A DNA stretch of 64,000 bases from Flectonema sp. DT1601 (taxonomy: Eukaryota). Positions within the stretch are counted from its first letter, which is position 1; each line of letters opens with the position of its first letter. The notes below the pieces were generated by a model. That model did not search any database and was not told the origin of the DNA. It worked only from the letters and a program-made list of their open reading frames with translations. Where the stretch lies: positions 1,178,001 to 1,242,000 of the forward strand of contig OZ025782.1 of assembly GCA_964019425.1 (NCBI GenBank), read 5' to 3'. Made by a program: the position numbers and the translations under genes. Positions 33,669 to 45,256 of the stretch are shown piece after piece.

Positions 33669-34742
33669 CTATCCATCGTAGTCTCTAATGTGGCAGCTGT
33701 AAATTGAAGGCTGGGCAGCTGACATGAGACATGTAAAAACAGTTCCTTTATTCAAAACTCTCGGAGTTGACATAACATTGTAAAGGTTTTCTGTTGTTAC
33801 TTTACTTGCGGAAGTGATATTGTGCATTCCGTCAACCGCTGTCTTTCTACGGTCATCATTAGCTGGAGGTTGAGTCCAATGATCGTAGTTAGTTTGAACA
33901 ATAAACCATTGGTATGACTGTGGGATAGTCCAGACATCAGTTAGAGCTGTTGTGAAGTTTCTCGTAATAACAACACCTTCATTCACTTTAGTACCTCCAA
34001 CAATGTAGTAAACTGGAGCAGAGATATTAACATTGGTAAGTTGTTGTACAACTTCAGTGTAACTGTTTGCAGAGAATATAGCTTGTCTTAGTGCCATTGA
34101 TGGTGGAAGTTTGTGCATTGATATTTGCTTTAAGTTATCATTTATGTCAGAAGTGTCTCTTTCATTTCCTTCAACAGTAAACATTCCAGGCTTCTGACCT
34201 GTCCACATTCCAACTAAGCCAACGAATCCAGTGTAGGTCATGATGTGAGAACCATTCTGTTTGAAGTCAATAGTCACAGTTGAGTTACGAAGTAGTTTTG
34301 TTAAAACAACACCACCTCCGAAGTCTAAGTTCCTTCCATGAAAAACTCCACTGCCCTGAGTGTTGGTAATGATTCCAGTACAAGCGATGTTATCTTGAGC
34401 ATGTGCTGCAAAGTCATAAAAGAAGTTAACAGTTGCTACTTCAGCGAAAGTAAGTCCTGAACACTTTTGGATTGATTTCATCTCACCGTTGAATGGTTCT
34501 GGAAGCCAACTCTCAACTTTATCCATCTCTTTCAAGATCTGCTCAACATCTTTGAGAGGTAAGGACGCAGGGAGTAACGCGTACACTTCAGCAGTCAGCT
34601 TTAGTATTTCCTCTTTGTACTCTGGGCAAATCACATCCCATCTGTTGACTGGAGGAGTCGCTAAGTCAATACTGTACTTCTTAGGAACTCTGTCTGCTGT
34701 CGCAACAAGAAAGGCACCAGCACATGCGAGGAATCGAAGCAT
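33669..34742 (-). CDS. Acid ceramidase / N-acylethanolamine acid amidase (Ntn hydrolase)
   Basis: Signal peptide; catalytic ACTGII, FHGRNLDF, GLVGMWTGQKPGMFT, VQTNYDHW...DDRR. Confidence 0.9.
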   Translation of the reverse strand: MLRFLACAGAFLVATADRVPKKYSIDLATPPVNRWDVICPEYKEEILKLTAEVYALLPASLPLKDVEQILKEMDKVESWLPEPFNGEMKSIQKCSGLTFAEVATVNFFYDFAAHAQDNIACTGIITNTQGSGVFHGRNLDFGGGVVLTKLLRNSTVTIDFKQNGSHIMTYTGFVGLVGMWTGQKPGMFTVEGNERDTSDINDNLKQISMHKLPPSMALRQAIFSANSYTEVVQQLTNVNISAPVYYIVGGTKVNEGVVITRNFTTALTDVWTIPQSYQWFIVQTNYDHWTQPPANDDRRKTAVDGMHNITSASKVTTENLYNVMSTPRVLNKGTVFTCLMSAAQPSIYSCHIRDYDG

Positions 34743-35125
34743 ATTTGTAAAGAAAGGCTGGCAAAATAAAATCCTCTACTATCAAGTTTATGGCAAAAAA
34801 AAAATAAAAAAAAAGACATTCATATCTCCTGTTGGAAACAAAATAACGATCAACATCCAAAGATAATATTGTTCTTATAATTGGGCCAGACAAACAACAA
34901 TGGAAAAAACAGATATGTCGGAATCAACATTAGCCAAAGGCCCTTTTTTTATTTTTTATTTTTTTTTGGGAGAAAAAACAGATTCAACTTTTCGCAGAAC
35001 ATCTCGTCCTACAAAATTTGATTATATAAATGCCTCACAGAAATGAGAACATTTTTTTTTTTTTTTTTTTTCCAGTTTTTTTGTTTTTAGATCTCAATTC
35101 CCTGTTTACAGTTTATCGTACCTGA

Positions 35126-37526
35126 CTAGTGTGCCAAAGACGGTGGATTCTGAACTGAAATAGGTGGTGACAAAGCGTTTAGCCGCCTCTCAGAACTGTT
35201 TATGATTATTTGTTTTTTTTTCATATTTAATAATAATAATAATGGTGATATATAAATGATATAATTACACACCCTTCAACTCTACGAGCCATTAAAGAAT
35301 CGAGAACATCTTCAGTCACAGGTCTGACACGTTGTGGGTTGTGACGGATTTCCTGTTATGTTTAATTTGTTACTTTATTGTGAATGAATTGGAAGAAAAA
35401 AAAAGAAAAAAAAGAGAGAAAAAAAAAACCTTTGCGATCCATCTAGGTCGATGCCATTTACTTTTTGTTTTCTTTGAGAAGTTGGTTATCGATTCGAAGT
35501 CGGTTAAGTGGTGTCTGATTCCCTTCATAAAACCAGCACAACAGGCTGATGCAGAACATATAACAAACAATGCTAAAATATTAGTAGGAACCGTGTTGTA
35601 GTGTGTCGTGGTTATGCTTAGCAATAGTACAATGTAAACCATCGACATTAATATCCTCCACTCACCAAGAAGCTCATCAGCACCAATAACATTTCTAACT
35701 GACAGAGGTGGACAAAACCTTTTAATTTTATTGACCAACGAGTCCAATTTCTCAATACAAGGAAATTCATGAAACGGAGGAGCATCCATCCTACGATGAA
35801 CTCCAGCTTGTTGTTTCCACGATAAAACTATTCTTTGTGAACCAAATTCTTTATACGTACACGTATACGCACAAGAAACATCAGCATTCGGCGTACTAGC
35901 TAATGTTGGACTCCATATGCCACTATATACGGTTATTAGGTTGTGGGTAGTCATAACGTATACTCGCTTGCATGATGATAAGTGACTTGCAATAGTTGTC
36001 AAACCTCCAATTAGAAGAATACATCCAGTTATGATTAACCCAATACTTCCTACCATGATAGTTACCGGGAGTTCCTCATCGTGTGCCATTAAAAAGAATA
36101 AAGCTGATGATGACGTGATAGTAATCATCATGTGTAGGAACATTTGTTCGTGGCAGATGACGTCGAATACTTTGGGGCTCTCAGCCCAAACTACTCGTTC
36201 TTCACACTCGTTTTCACCACTCAGAACGTTTGCTTTAATAAAGGAAATGATACTAACTTGAAATAACGGAGAGAGGTTCTTTACGACATCAACAACAGGA
36301 TCTACTTCATTAGCTGCGAGAAGGGGAACTGCCGTATCAATTTGAACCATGTCTTGAACTTCTTCTGCGACAATAAAATTTTGATCTAAATCCCAAACAA
36401 CACCCAGAGACTCTGATTCAGAATCTAGATCCTCATTACCAACTTGAACTAATTCTAAGTCCTCCTCTCTCTCATGTTGAACAGTTTGAGGTGGTTGAGA
36501 TGGTTGAGTTGAAGTAGTGGCTTCCAACTGCTCCAGTTCAGTCTTACTTTCTTCGGAAATTTTGTCTTCTTGTTGTTGTTCAGCTTCAGCTTCAGTTTTC
36601 ACATCACCAGTTGGAGACTCTTGCTTAACACCATTTGGGCTCTTAACCCTGTCATAAAATAAACTCGGAAACTGCGGCAGAGAACCAATCGTTCCTTTCC
36701 TTTTCTGAGGACCAGGCTCGTCTACCTTTTTGAACGTTGAGTTCGGATCAAAGTGATTTGGGAAGACAGCTGCGTATGGACGACCTCTCAGCAGCCAAGC
36801 AAAGCGAAGTAAATATGGATCCCACTTACCCCCTAGAGCTGGTTCAATGGTTCGTGTGTAGAAACCAACACAAATAAATAATATAATTCCAATAAGATTG
36901 GTTACGATGTAATAAGGAACATAAAAATGTGATCTCAGAGAGAAGAACAACGCGCTGATGATATTCGACGCGCTGGTAGTCAGGCAAATAAGAGATGGCA
37001 AGAATGTGAGCCGAGTTAAAAAACATCCTCTGCATTCTCTAAACTCAGTGCATCGAGGACACTTCAACTCTGCAGTAAATGTTGAATTGTAAGACATCGT
37101 GTGAGGTCCATCGTCATCGTTACTTACGAGATCTTCTTCGATATCAGCGCTTAGGTTTAACCATCTCATTCTAGCTGTGTTGCCTTGTCCAGGAATCTTC
37201 CAAGGCTTTTGGACTACTGCTCGTACCCATAAAAGGTAGAGAATATTAAATAGTACAAGTATGACGCTTACCCAAAATACAAGTTCTACTTCACAGACGT
37301 AAACATTGAATGAGACTCTTGCTAGTAGACATTGTAAGTCAGGGCATTCCCATCGTACAGATGAGGCGTTTAAAATATTATTACATTCAGATCCGTGAGG
37401 CATACATGCCGAAGAATCTTCACACCAAATACATGATTCTTCAGACATGTGTGAACTACTGTTTGTTCTGATGCCTGAGGCATCCCATAGACAAGTTCCA
37501 CAGCTCTCTAATTGGCCACACGGCAT
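35126..37526 (-). CDS. Multi-pass membrane protein with N-terminal PSI-like Cys domain; intron 35353-35429 and tentative intron 35196-35272
   Basis: SCGTCL...CIWCEDSSACMP; several hydrophobic helices; ORF runs into GTTTTT intron after WIAK and resumes EIRHNPQRV; last exon tentative. Confidence 0.65.
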
Positions 37527-38167
37527 TTTTCTCGACACCCCCCCCTGTGGTTGTCCCCTTTTTTTTTTATACAGATCCTGAATAAGGGAATAATTCATGC
37601 TTAACATAAAGACATATCAATCTCACATTTAAGAGGCTTGTTTTCTTTTTTTTTTCCCCCCCTTTTGTTCAGCAAATCGCAGTTCAAACCAGAATCGATG
37701 AAGTCACTTTGTTGTGAAAAGGATTTTCTTGCAACTTAAATTAAAAAGAATGAAGAAAATATTGAATCTCAGTTCCAAGAAGTTGTGCCTTTTGCATTCT
37801 TTACAATAACAAAGGACAAGTACTGATGCTTACTAAACTGTCGTCACAACGAACAAAAAAAAAAAAAAAACTTAAAAATGTGAAACCGACCGAAAATACT
37901 TACAATGGAATTTTTTTTTATTTTTTTTCTTTCTCGCGCACCGCAAAGCAAGTGCTGCAACGTGCATTATTTTTTTTTTTTTCCTTTTTTTTTTCTTCCA
38001 CGATAATACATGAAAAAATAGATCGCAGGTTCGATTCTTCACATCAGCAACTAATGTAATTGACTTAATGAGAATCTCTGTTTGGTTAAAGCAAGCAAAC
38101 TAGTTGTGTTTTACAACAACAACAAACGTGAGACTATGACATGTGCCCATAGTAATACAAAGACTCT

Positions 38168-39505
38168 CTACAGATATTCTTGACACATCTCACATCGAGG
38201 GTTATCACCAACGTTTACGAATGTGCAAGTAGAACATATGCGACCACCAGAAGAGCCTCCCCCAGCAACCAATACGAGTTCTCCAATTATTCCGTTCCAT
38301 CTTTCCTGTTCAGGGAAACTAACGCAAACATGGATGTCATCAAAGAAGTGAAGAACTCTTCCAACTTGAGTTCTATCATTTAATAATCCCCAACCATAAC
38401 GAGGTCTAAAGAGAGTCGGGTCTATTTGAACTATCGATCCGACTTCAATCTGAGTGATGTCAGGAGATGATAAAATAATAGTGTTGGATCGAATCCAGAG
38501 ATCTTCTCTAACTCCAGGACGTTCTACAGTAACACTTCGAGAAGTAACAGCTGTGGCAACACCAACATGTTGTGTGATCGTATTATAAACCCTTGATCCA
38601 AGTCTAATAGTTGCTTCTGATCCAGTTCGATGATTACCAACCGGAACTTGAAATGGATGTTCAACTCTCGCAGTTGGTAGTGAAGGGCATCTCTCAGAGT
38701 CTGATCTCATTCTCTGAAGTGCTTTCATAGTACGCGGTTTAGTCTTTTTACTAACTCCAAGAGCGGCACATAAAGTTTCACTCAGCCCTTCTCTTCTTAC
38801 AAATTCCATTCTCGTGATTGTATCACTTTTTGTTGTATCGAATAAACACCAAATCCCATCAAGGATTTCACAAGCCTGGTCTATAGTTGCGTCGAGGGTT
38901 TTTGCAACTCCTCTTGCGACCTCATGCTTTGTAAGTTCACCAGTGCATGTTAAGTCCCAGTACTCAAACCATTTCATTGGATCATCAGGAAGAAATGGAG
39001 GAGGGTTGTTAACCCTAGTTGGTAGATACTTCTTTAAAAACGGGAGTAAATTTTGAATTTCCGGCATTGTAATGGCACCGCTACCATCAGCATCCCAAGA
39101 CTCCCAATGTGTGTCAATGAGATCTGGAATTTTTTTGTGGTCAACTGCTAACGAGGCAGATATTACGTCGGCAAGTTCTACTTTCGTGAGACTCCTTCTC
39201 CTGTCCATATCTACCAAGTCAAACCATCTGACAATATCTGTGAACGGATCTGGTAGCGGCATCACTTGTCTAAATGTAGCTCTGCAACATGGACACTTAT
39301 CAGTTCCTTTTGCTGTTAACATATTAGCACATTGCTTATGATAAAAATGCCTGCAAACTCTTCTCCCTCTCTCTGCTAAGACGCAAACTGGTGCTAATTC
39401 TTCACAACACAAGTCTTCTAAGCAAATTGAACATTCAGCGTGTTCTGCGGCCTCGTCTTGAATTAATTCGGATTCTATTCGTGTGACGGTATCTGTTTCA
39501 GCCAT
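38168..39505 (-). CDS. RING E3 ligase with EF-hands, HERC2/KEG-like SH3 repeat and RanBP2-type zinc finger
   Basis: CSICLED...CRHFYHKQC...CPCCR; DMDRRRSL, DADGSGAI, DLTCTGEL, DTTKSDTI loops; PRYGWG...VSFPEQERWNG; CSTCTFVN...CEMC. Confidence 0.85.
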   Translation of the reverse strand: MAETDTVTRIESELIQDEAAEHAECSICLEDLCCEELAPVCVLAERGRRVCRHFYHKQCANMLTAKGTDKCPCCRATFRQVMPLPDPFTDIVRWFDLVDMDRRRSLTKVELADVISASLAVDHKKIPDLIDTHWESWDADGSGAITMPEIQNLLPFLKKYLPTRVNNPPPFLPDDPMKWFEYWDLTCTGELTKHEVARGVAKTLDATIDQACEILDGIWCLFDTTKSDTITRMEFVRREGLSETLCAALGVSKKTKPRTMKALQRMRSDSERCPSLPTARVEHPFQVPVGNHRTGSEATIRLGSRVYNTITQHVGVATAVTSRSVTVERPGVREDLWIRSNTIILSSPDITQIEVGSIVQIDPTLFRPRYGWGLLNDRTQVGRVLHFFDDIHVCVSFPEQERWNGIIGELVLVAGGGSSGGRICSTCTFVNVGDNPRCEMCQEYL

Positions 39506-39874
39506 TTTTTTCTTCTTTTTTTTTTAAACTATACCTGTGTTGGTATTGTGTTTTTGAACAGGAATATAATAATTGAAAACAAAAGTTTAGTTTAGTTAGC
39601 AAAATACAAACTGATGACAAAACAAAACAAACACTACAGCAACTCGATGAAAAACCTGTAATATAAATAAAGCATTATGTGTGTTTTTAACTTAGCAATA
39701 AAGTGAGATGCCACTACTTGTTGTTCTGGTTCAGTGGGTGATCTTTTTTTTTTTGTATTTTTTTTTTTGAGTTTTTTTTTTTTTTTTTTTAGAAGAAAAC
39801 TTTTGATTCCGAACTACCCAACTGTTAATAATAATACCAAAAGCATATTAATTAACCGTGAGCGAGCCCGGTGC

Positions 39875-40627
39875 TTAGTTCCAGCCCTCATCTTCGTCTC
39901 CCCAGTTAACATCAGCGTCACCTTCTGGGACGGTGGTGGTGGCCTGGACTTCAGCGGCGGCTTCCTTCTCCTCGGCCTCCTTCTTAAGAACCTCATCCGG
40001 ATCTCTGTAGAAGAACAGATCAACCTTCTCTTCCCATTCGATGGATCTGACGATCTTACCTCTCATTCTCAATACTTCTCTTGACAACAACCAGTACATC
40101 ATAGAGATGGCCTGGGTACCTCTGTTGTTACATGGAATGGCAACATCAACGTGGGTCAATGGAGAGTCGGTGTCACAGAAAGCGATGATTGGGATGTTAA
40201 CGTAGGCAGACTCTCTGATGGCCTGGTGGTCAGTACGTGGGTCAGTAACGATGATCAAACGTGGCTGGGAGAACTTCTCCTGCTTCTGGTTGGTGAATGA
40301 ACCAGGGCAGAAACGTCCAGCCATTGAAGTGGCCTCAGTGTACTTTGCGTACTTGAGAACGGCTCTCTGTCCGAATGGTCTGGCAGAGATGACAACAATG
40401 TCAGCTGGGTTCTCAATAGTGGCAATGATACGAGCAGCAAGGATCAACTTCTCCCAGGTCATGTGCAAGTTGATGACGTGGATACCGTCCTTACGACGAG
40501 CGGAGACGTATCTCTCCATAGCAGCGGTCAAGTTCTTGGTTCCCTGCTGAACCTTGCAGGCCAACATCTTCTGGATGTCAGCCTCGGTAGGCTGAAGCAC
40601 CTTCGATCCACTGTGAAGCACGGACAT
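39875..40627 (-). CDS. RPSA: 40S ribosomal protein SA (uS2)
   Basis: [12 protein letters not shown]...GQRAVLKYA...[11 protein letters not shown]...[18 protein letters not shown]...AIPCNN; ATG at 40627. Confidence 0.97.
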   Translation of the reverse strand: MSVLHSGSKVLQPTEADIQKMLACKVQQGTKNLTAAMERYVSARRKDGIHVINLHMTWEKLILAARIIATIENPADIVVISARPFGQRAVLKYAKYTEATSMAGRFCPGSFTNQKQEKFSQPRLIIVTDPRTDHQAIRESAYVNIPIIAFCDTDSPLTHVDVAIPCNNRGTQAISMMYWLLSREVLRMRGKIVRSIEWEEKVDLFFYRDPDEVLKKEAEEKEAAAEVQATTTVPEGDADVNWGDEDEGWN

Positions 40628-40822
40628 CGTCAAGTGATAAGATACCAAGTTGGGTATTCTGAGTGGGGGTGATGATTATAAAATACTAAAACAATACGAT
40701 AGCTGACTTACTAATAATGTTATTCATAAAAATAGTATTAAATAATAAAAAAAAACACACAAAAAAAAAAAAAAAAAAACAATCGTATTTCTGAATAATA
40801 ACAACAAAAAGGTTTTCAGACC

Positions 40823-41071
40823 TCAATAATATCCGAACATCTTTAACTTCATACCCGACTGGGAAAGTAATGCACTCATCTGCTTCATTTCTAACTTAGT
40901 ATGACTCCCTACCTTATCAGGACATTTCCCTTTTAAAGGAAATCTCTCAAAGGCTTCATAATTCTTTCGCCATCCTGGGTATTTATGTTCTGAGCAAGTT
41001 GTGAAAGTATTATTCCCACCCATCCGATGCATTGCAAATCCTCCGTCTTCGTTTCCGGCTGGGCTGGACAT
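40823..41071 (-). CDS. Small hypothetical protein (82 aa)
   Basis: ATG ORF of non-repetitive composition inside A/T-run spacer; TAG acceptor at 41087-41089. Confidence 0.5.
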   Translation of the reverse strand: MSSPAGNEDGGFAMHRMGGNNTFTTCSEHKYPGWRKNYEAFERFPLKGKCPDKVGSHTKLEMKQMSALLSQSGMKLKMFGYY

Positions 41072-41353
41072 GTTCCTCAAGTGTAACTACGTGAGATAAA
41101 AGGTGGTTATAAAAATAATTTTAAACAAAAAAAAAAAAAAAAAAAAAGCGAGTTTTTTTTAACAACGTGTGATTCCACAAAAAGGTTAGAAACTATGTGA
41201 AACCCCCTCCATCATTAAATAGAAAAAAGAAACTTGGACAGAACAAATCGCACAAATTCAGAACAAAAAAAAAGAAAAAAAGGTCTCTATCATTTTTTGA
41301 CGGGTGTAAACAACACATTAATTTCAGAACACGTGAGAAACTCACTAGTTTGA

Positions 41354-42457
41354 TTAAGTCACAATAGTCTCATCGGATGAAGCCATCGATCTTTTCAACA
41401 TGTGAAGTCCAATCAAAGTTAAACAAGCAGAAACATAACAACAAGCATTAGCTATCAACACAAACAAACTGTTTGCATCATAACCAAGAAGGGTAGGAAC
41501 GATTAAGTAAAAACAAGACTCACAAAACGTTATAATTAAAAATATTGTATCTGGAATGGGATCACGGAAGTTAACATCGACAAACCCAATGGAATACAAC
41601 ACACCATCAGTTATGTATCGAATGATGGTAGTGCTCGTTGACCACTTAGGAAACAGAGAAACAAAAACCCTAACAACAATGATATTTATCAATAAGAATC
41701 CAGACACCAATGCAATGCCACTGATAGTTGATGAGGTAAACAAGAATGACATGTTTAAAAATAATGAAGTCATCCAAAATGAAAAGAAAATAGTGTTTAA
41801 AATCCTCATCTTCATAGGATCTCCTTCTCTAAAACAGAATTCACCCATCGACTCAGCTTGGGCGAATATAGAAGCCGCAAGAGAAGCGCATTTCAAAAAA
41901 GTTAAATCACGTCCTTCGTCGTTGAATATCATACCTCCCTGAAGGACTGTTTGAGGAAGGGCAACTGTTAGTGATAAAATTATTTTAACTTGAAGCATCC
42001 TGATACGAGCAGGTTCACTTCTATCAAAGAAGAAAACATGCGCGTTTTGAATAGGAATTCGGAGATGGAAGGCGTTAAGGATAGGCTGATACCAACAGAA
42101 GGTTGAATCCTTACCAATACCGACATTATTTCTAAACTCATACAGGGATAGTATTTGAGGACCAACCAGTAGAACTGTGAGTGAAAATGCAAAGGGAAAT
42201 GATCCAATACCGATGCTTGCAAAATCTATGAGAATCGCGAAGTCTGTCGAGATATCAAATAACGACGTGATCATCAAAGCGAATCCAACAAATCTCATTG
42301 TCAGTGCTCCCCATTTTCCCAAAACCGGTAATTTGGGTATTTCTATATCAACGTCTATTGAAGTCTCGCTTAGCTGTTTGTCATCTCTATCCTTTCTCTG
42401 ATGAGCTTTCTGTTCAAATCGCTCTTCCCAATTCGTAGTAGAGGAACCACATCCCAT
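41354..42457 (-). CDS. XK-related (scramblase-like) multi-pass membrane protein with MGCGSS acylation motif
   Basis: FDISTDF, ALPQTVLQ, CASLAASIF motifs resemble XK family; multiple TM helices. Confidence 0.65.
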   Translation of the reverse strand: MGCGSSTTNWEERFEQKAHQRKDRDDKQLSETSIDVDIEIPKLPVLGKWGALTMRFVGFALMITSLFDISTDFAILIDFASIGIGSFPFAFSLTVLLVGPQILSLYEFRNNVGIGKDSTFCWYQPILNAFHLRIPIQNAHVFFFDRSEPARIRMLQVKIILSLTVALPQTVLQGGMIFNDEGRDLTFLKCASLAASIFAQAESMGEFCFREGDPMKMRILNTIFFSFWMTSLFLNMSFLFTSSTISGIALVSGFLLINIIVVRVFVSLFPKWSTSTTIIRYITDGVLYSIGFVDVNFRDPIPDTIFLIITFCESCFYLIVPTLLGYDANSLFVLIANACCYVSACLTLIGLHMLKRSMASSDETIVT

Positions 42458-42503
42458 CGTAGCCAACTGCTTTCTGACAATTTAAAAAAAAAAAAAATAT
42501 TAT

Positions 42504-42643
42504 TACTGTAACCATAAATAACACATGGTGTATAAAAAGTCTCTAAATCTCCAAAAAATGACCAAATCCACCATCTTTATTATATCCAAAGTTGTTATAC
42601 TCCAAATCTTTTTTATACACCATGTTTATTTATAGTTACGGTA
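42504..42643. mobile_element. Putative MITE (136 bp, 42506-42641) with ~34-bp imperfect TIRs and TA target duplication
   Basis: TA-CTGTAACCATAAATAACACATGGTGTATAAAAAG ... CTTTTTTATACACCATGTTTATTTATAGTTACGG-TA. Confidence 0.65.
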
Positions 42644-43065
42644 GTATATAAGAACGAACAAGGAACATTAAAAAAAAAAGAATACGGTAGTCCCATCCCC
42701 ATCACAATTTTATTATTACTGTTATCCTGAAAGAGAATTAACTTTTAAAAAAGATTTTCCCTTTTTTATAACCAAATACATCTTAATAAGAGTTAGAAGA
42801 GAACGGTAATTGAACTATTTTTAATTAATAATAAAAATCCGTGTTAAAGTTTACATTTTCGTATTTTTGTGACTTTAGTTTTTTTAAATATTAAAAAATG
42901 AGAAGGTATGTTTTTACCTAATTGGAATGAGAAAGCAGTAATTTATCTAACTGACTGACTCCACATTACGATGGATAGCATTTTTTTTTTTCTTTTTTGG
43001 GATAGAAATAATGAAAGCGACGTAATAGGTACGTACAACATGCTTTTATGAGAGGGTAAGAGAGA

Positions 43066-43268
43066 GTATGAGAGATGGTGTTTGTGGAACATTGATTGGG
43101 TTTTGAATATTAAAATATAATAGACTTTCGATTTTTCTTCATGCGTTCATCTCCTTCTTTGAATAAGACTTCGACAAGCTCTCTGTTTGCGATCATCTTC
43201 GGATTTTCGAGAGGCGTTCACCGCAGTTATTTTTGATCTTTTCCTGATGCCAGTATCCTTAGATGTCG
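43066..43268 (-). pseudogene. Decayed tandem duplicate of the 3' end and 3' UTR of the gene at 43335-44978
   Basis: Matches 43291-~43555 (GTATGAGAGAT...GGAACATTGATTGGGTTTTGAATATTAAAATATAATAGACT...CATCTCCTTCTTTGAATAAGACTTCGA) with several internal deletions. Confidence 0.85.
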
Positions 43269-43334
43269 TACGACATGTTTTTAAGTGACAGTATGAGAGA
43301 TTGTGTTAGTGGAACATTGATTGGGTTTTGAATA

Positions 43335-44978
43335 TTAAAATATAATAGACTCAGCTGCATTTACTTGAGCCTGAAGTTTTTCGATTTTCTTCATTCGCTC
43401 ATCTCCTTCTTTGAATAAGACTTCGAGTTGACAAGCTCTCTGTTTGCGATCTTCTTCTGATTTTCTGGCGCGTTCACCGCAGTTGTTTTTGATCTTTTCT
43501 TGAAGTTGAATTTCAAGAATTCTGATGCCAGCCTCGATTTCAGAATCCTTAGAGGTTGGCGGAAGGCTACCTGAATCAGCTAAGTTAGAAGAGATCATAA
43601 CATCATTGAAAGTCAGAGCAATCTGTTCCTCAACAAGAGCTGTTTCAATATCCTGAAGCTGAGCGAAGTGATTTTGTTCTTCAATGAGTTTCATTGGTAA
43701 GTTCTCAGCTACTTTCACAGACTGAGCTATCTTCGCGTTATTAAGATCGAATAATGCTTGTTGATGTCTTCTCATTGCTTCTTGAGTTTGAAGTTCTCTC
43801 TCCTTAGCTTTCTCTTCATCTCTTTGTGTTGTCTCTTCCCTTTCAGAAATGATTTCTGCCTGCCTCGAGTAAGTTTCTTGTTCCTGCTTTTTTAGTATTG
43901 CGATTTCATGGTTGTGAGTTTCAGCTTTTCTCTGAGCAGCCTGTAAGTCTGCCTCAGATGTGGTTAGTTTGGTGGTTAATTTTTCCAGAGATTCCTTTTT
44001 TGATGATACTTCGTCTTGTAATTCAGTCAACTGCTTTTTAACTGAAACCTGTTTCTCTAACTCAGCTGATATTTCTTTTTCTTTCTCACTCATGATTTCA
44101 TTGTGCTCAAGATCGAATCGTTGTTGTTTTCTTGCGTGTCGAAGCTCATAGTCGAGGGTTTCAAGAGCTATTTGTAATTGTTTTTCTAATAACCTGTTAA
44201 GTTGAGGAATCTCTGTTGCTGAAGTTAGAACCTCCTGCAGGGCATCTAATCTTTTTGAAAAATTATCAAATCCATCTCCCTCACCCTCTTGTTGAACAAA
44301 CTTATTAAAATTATCTGAAAACTTAAACAAGTCCTTTGATTCACTAATCGGAATGTTACATGACGGACTTCTTAACAATTCATGCATCTTAATTACCTCA
44401 GAGAATGAAAGTTCGTCATCATCAGAAATATTCTTAATAATTGACAACGATCTCATTCTCTCTGTTATAAACACTGCTTCTTGACTGGGAGACGTCGAAG
44501 AGACCTTGTCATAGATAGTGTTCATGCTACTGGCTGTAAATTGCAACTCTGAAAGTTCATTTTGTAATATCTCAGATGCTTTTGTTAAAGAAGTATTTAA
44601 CAGCTGAGAAGCTGTTGATGAGGTTGCTGAAATTCGTTCATCAGTTTCTCTCATTTGATCTTTACATATCGTTAGTTTTGTAACTTCTACTTCAATAGCT
44701 TCGAGTTCGTTCTTTTCCGAGTCGTATGTTTGAATTAGAATGTCGTGGACTGCTTGAAGCTTTGCTTCTTCAACTGCAACTTCCATTAGCATTTCATCGA
44801 TTCGTTGCCTGACAGCAGTACGCTCAGATAATACTTTATCAATATTGTCTTCAACTTGCATCATTTCTGATGCTTTTTGTTTTAACTCTTCCCATTTATC
44901 AGTTGTTTCAGTTGATTCTTCAATGTGCTGTGTAGGTTGTTGTTGTTGCTGTTGCATAGGTTGCTGAAACTGCTGCAT
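43335..44978 (-). CDS. Coiled-coil protein (547 aa)
   Basis: E/K/Q/L-rich ORF with poly-Q N-terminus. Confidence 0.75.
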   Translation of the reverse strand: MQQFQQPMQQQQQQPTQHIEESTETTDKWEELKQKASEMMQVEDNIDKVLSERTAVRQRIDEMLMEVAVEEAKLQAVHDILIQTYDSEKNELEAIEVEVTKLTICKDQMRETDERISATSSTASQLLNTSLTKASEILQNELSELQFTASSMNTIYDKVSSTSPSQEAVFITERMRSLSIIKNISDDDELSFSEVIKMHELLRSPSCNIPISESKDLFKFSDNFNKFVQQEGEGDGFDNFSKRLDALQEVLTSATEIPQLNRLLEKQLQIALETLDYELRHARKQQRFDLEHNEIMSEKEKEISAELEKQVSVKKQLTELQDEVSSKKESLEKLTTKLTTSEADLQAAQRKAETHNHEIAILKKQEQETYSRQAEIISEREETTQRDEEKAKERELQTQEAMRRHQQALFDLNNAKIAQSVKVAENLPMKLIEEQNHFAQLQDIETALVEEQIALTFNDVMISSNLADSGSLPPTSKDSEIEAGIRILEIQLQEKIKNNCGERARKSEEDRKQRACQLEVLFKEGDERMKKIEKLQAQVNAAESIIF

Positions 44979-45256
44979 AATTCTTTTTTTTTTTTTTGTT
45001 TAGTTTTTTTCACTACTCAAATTTAAACTAACACCACAGGCATTAAATCAATATATAAAAAAGTTATAAACAAATAGTTGATTCTGCGTGTTCCATAAAA
45101 CACCGCAGGAGCCTTAATCTTATACTACTTGTCCCTCTTAGGACTTCAACGGTATACTTTCTCTCATGTGATTGGTTTAAATGTCAAAAAATATTAAAAT
45201 AATAACACAACAAAACAATAAATCAACTGAATGAGGTACACGATGGTTACCCAAAC

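Noticed and set aside
39734..40672. Several ORFs overlapping RPSA
   Set aside because: Expected antisense or alternative-frame openness from the codon bias of a highly expressed gene.
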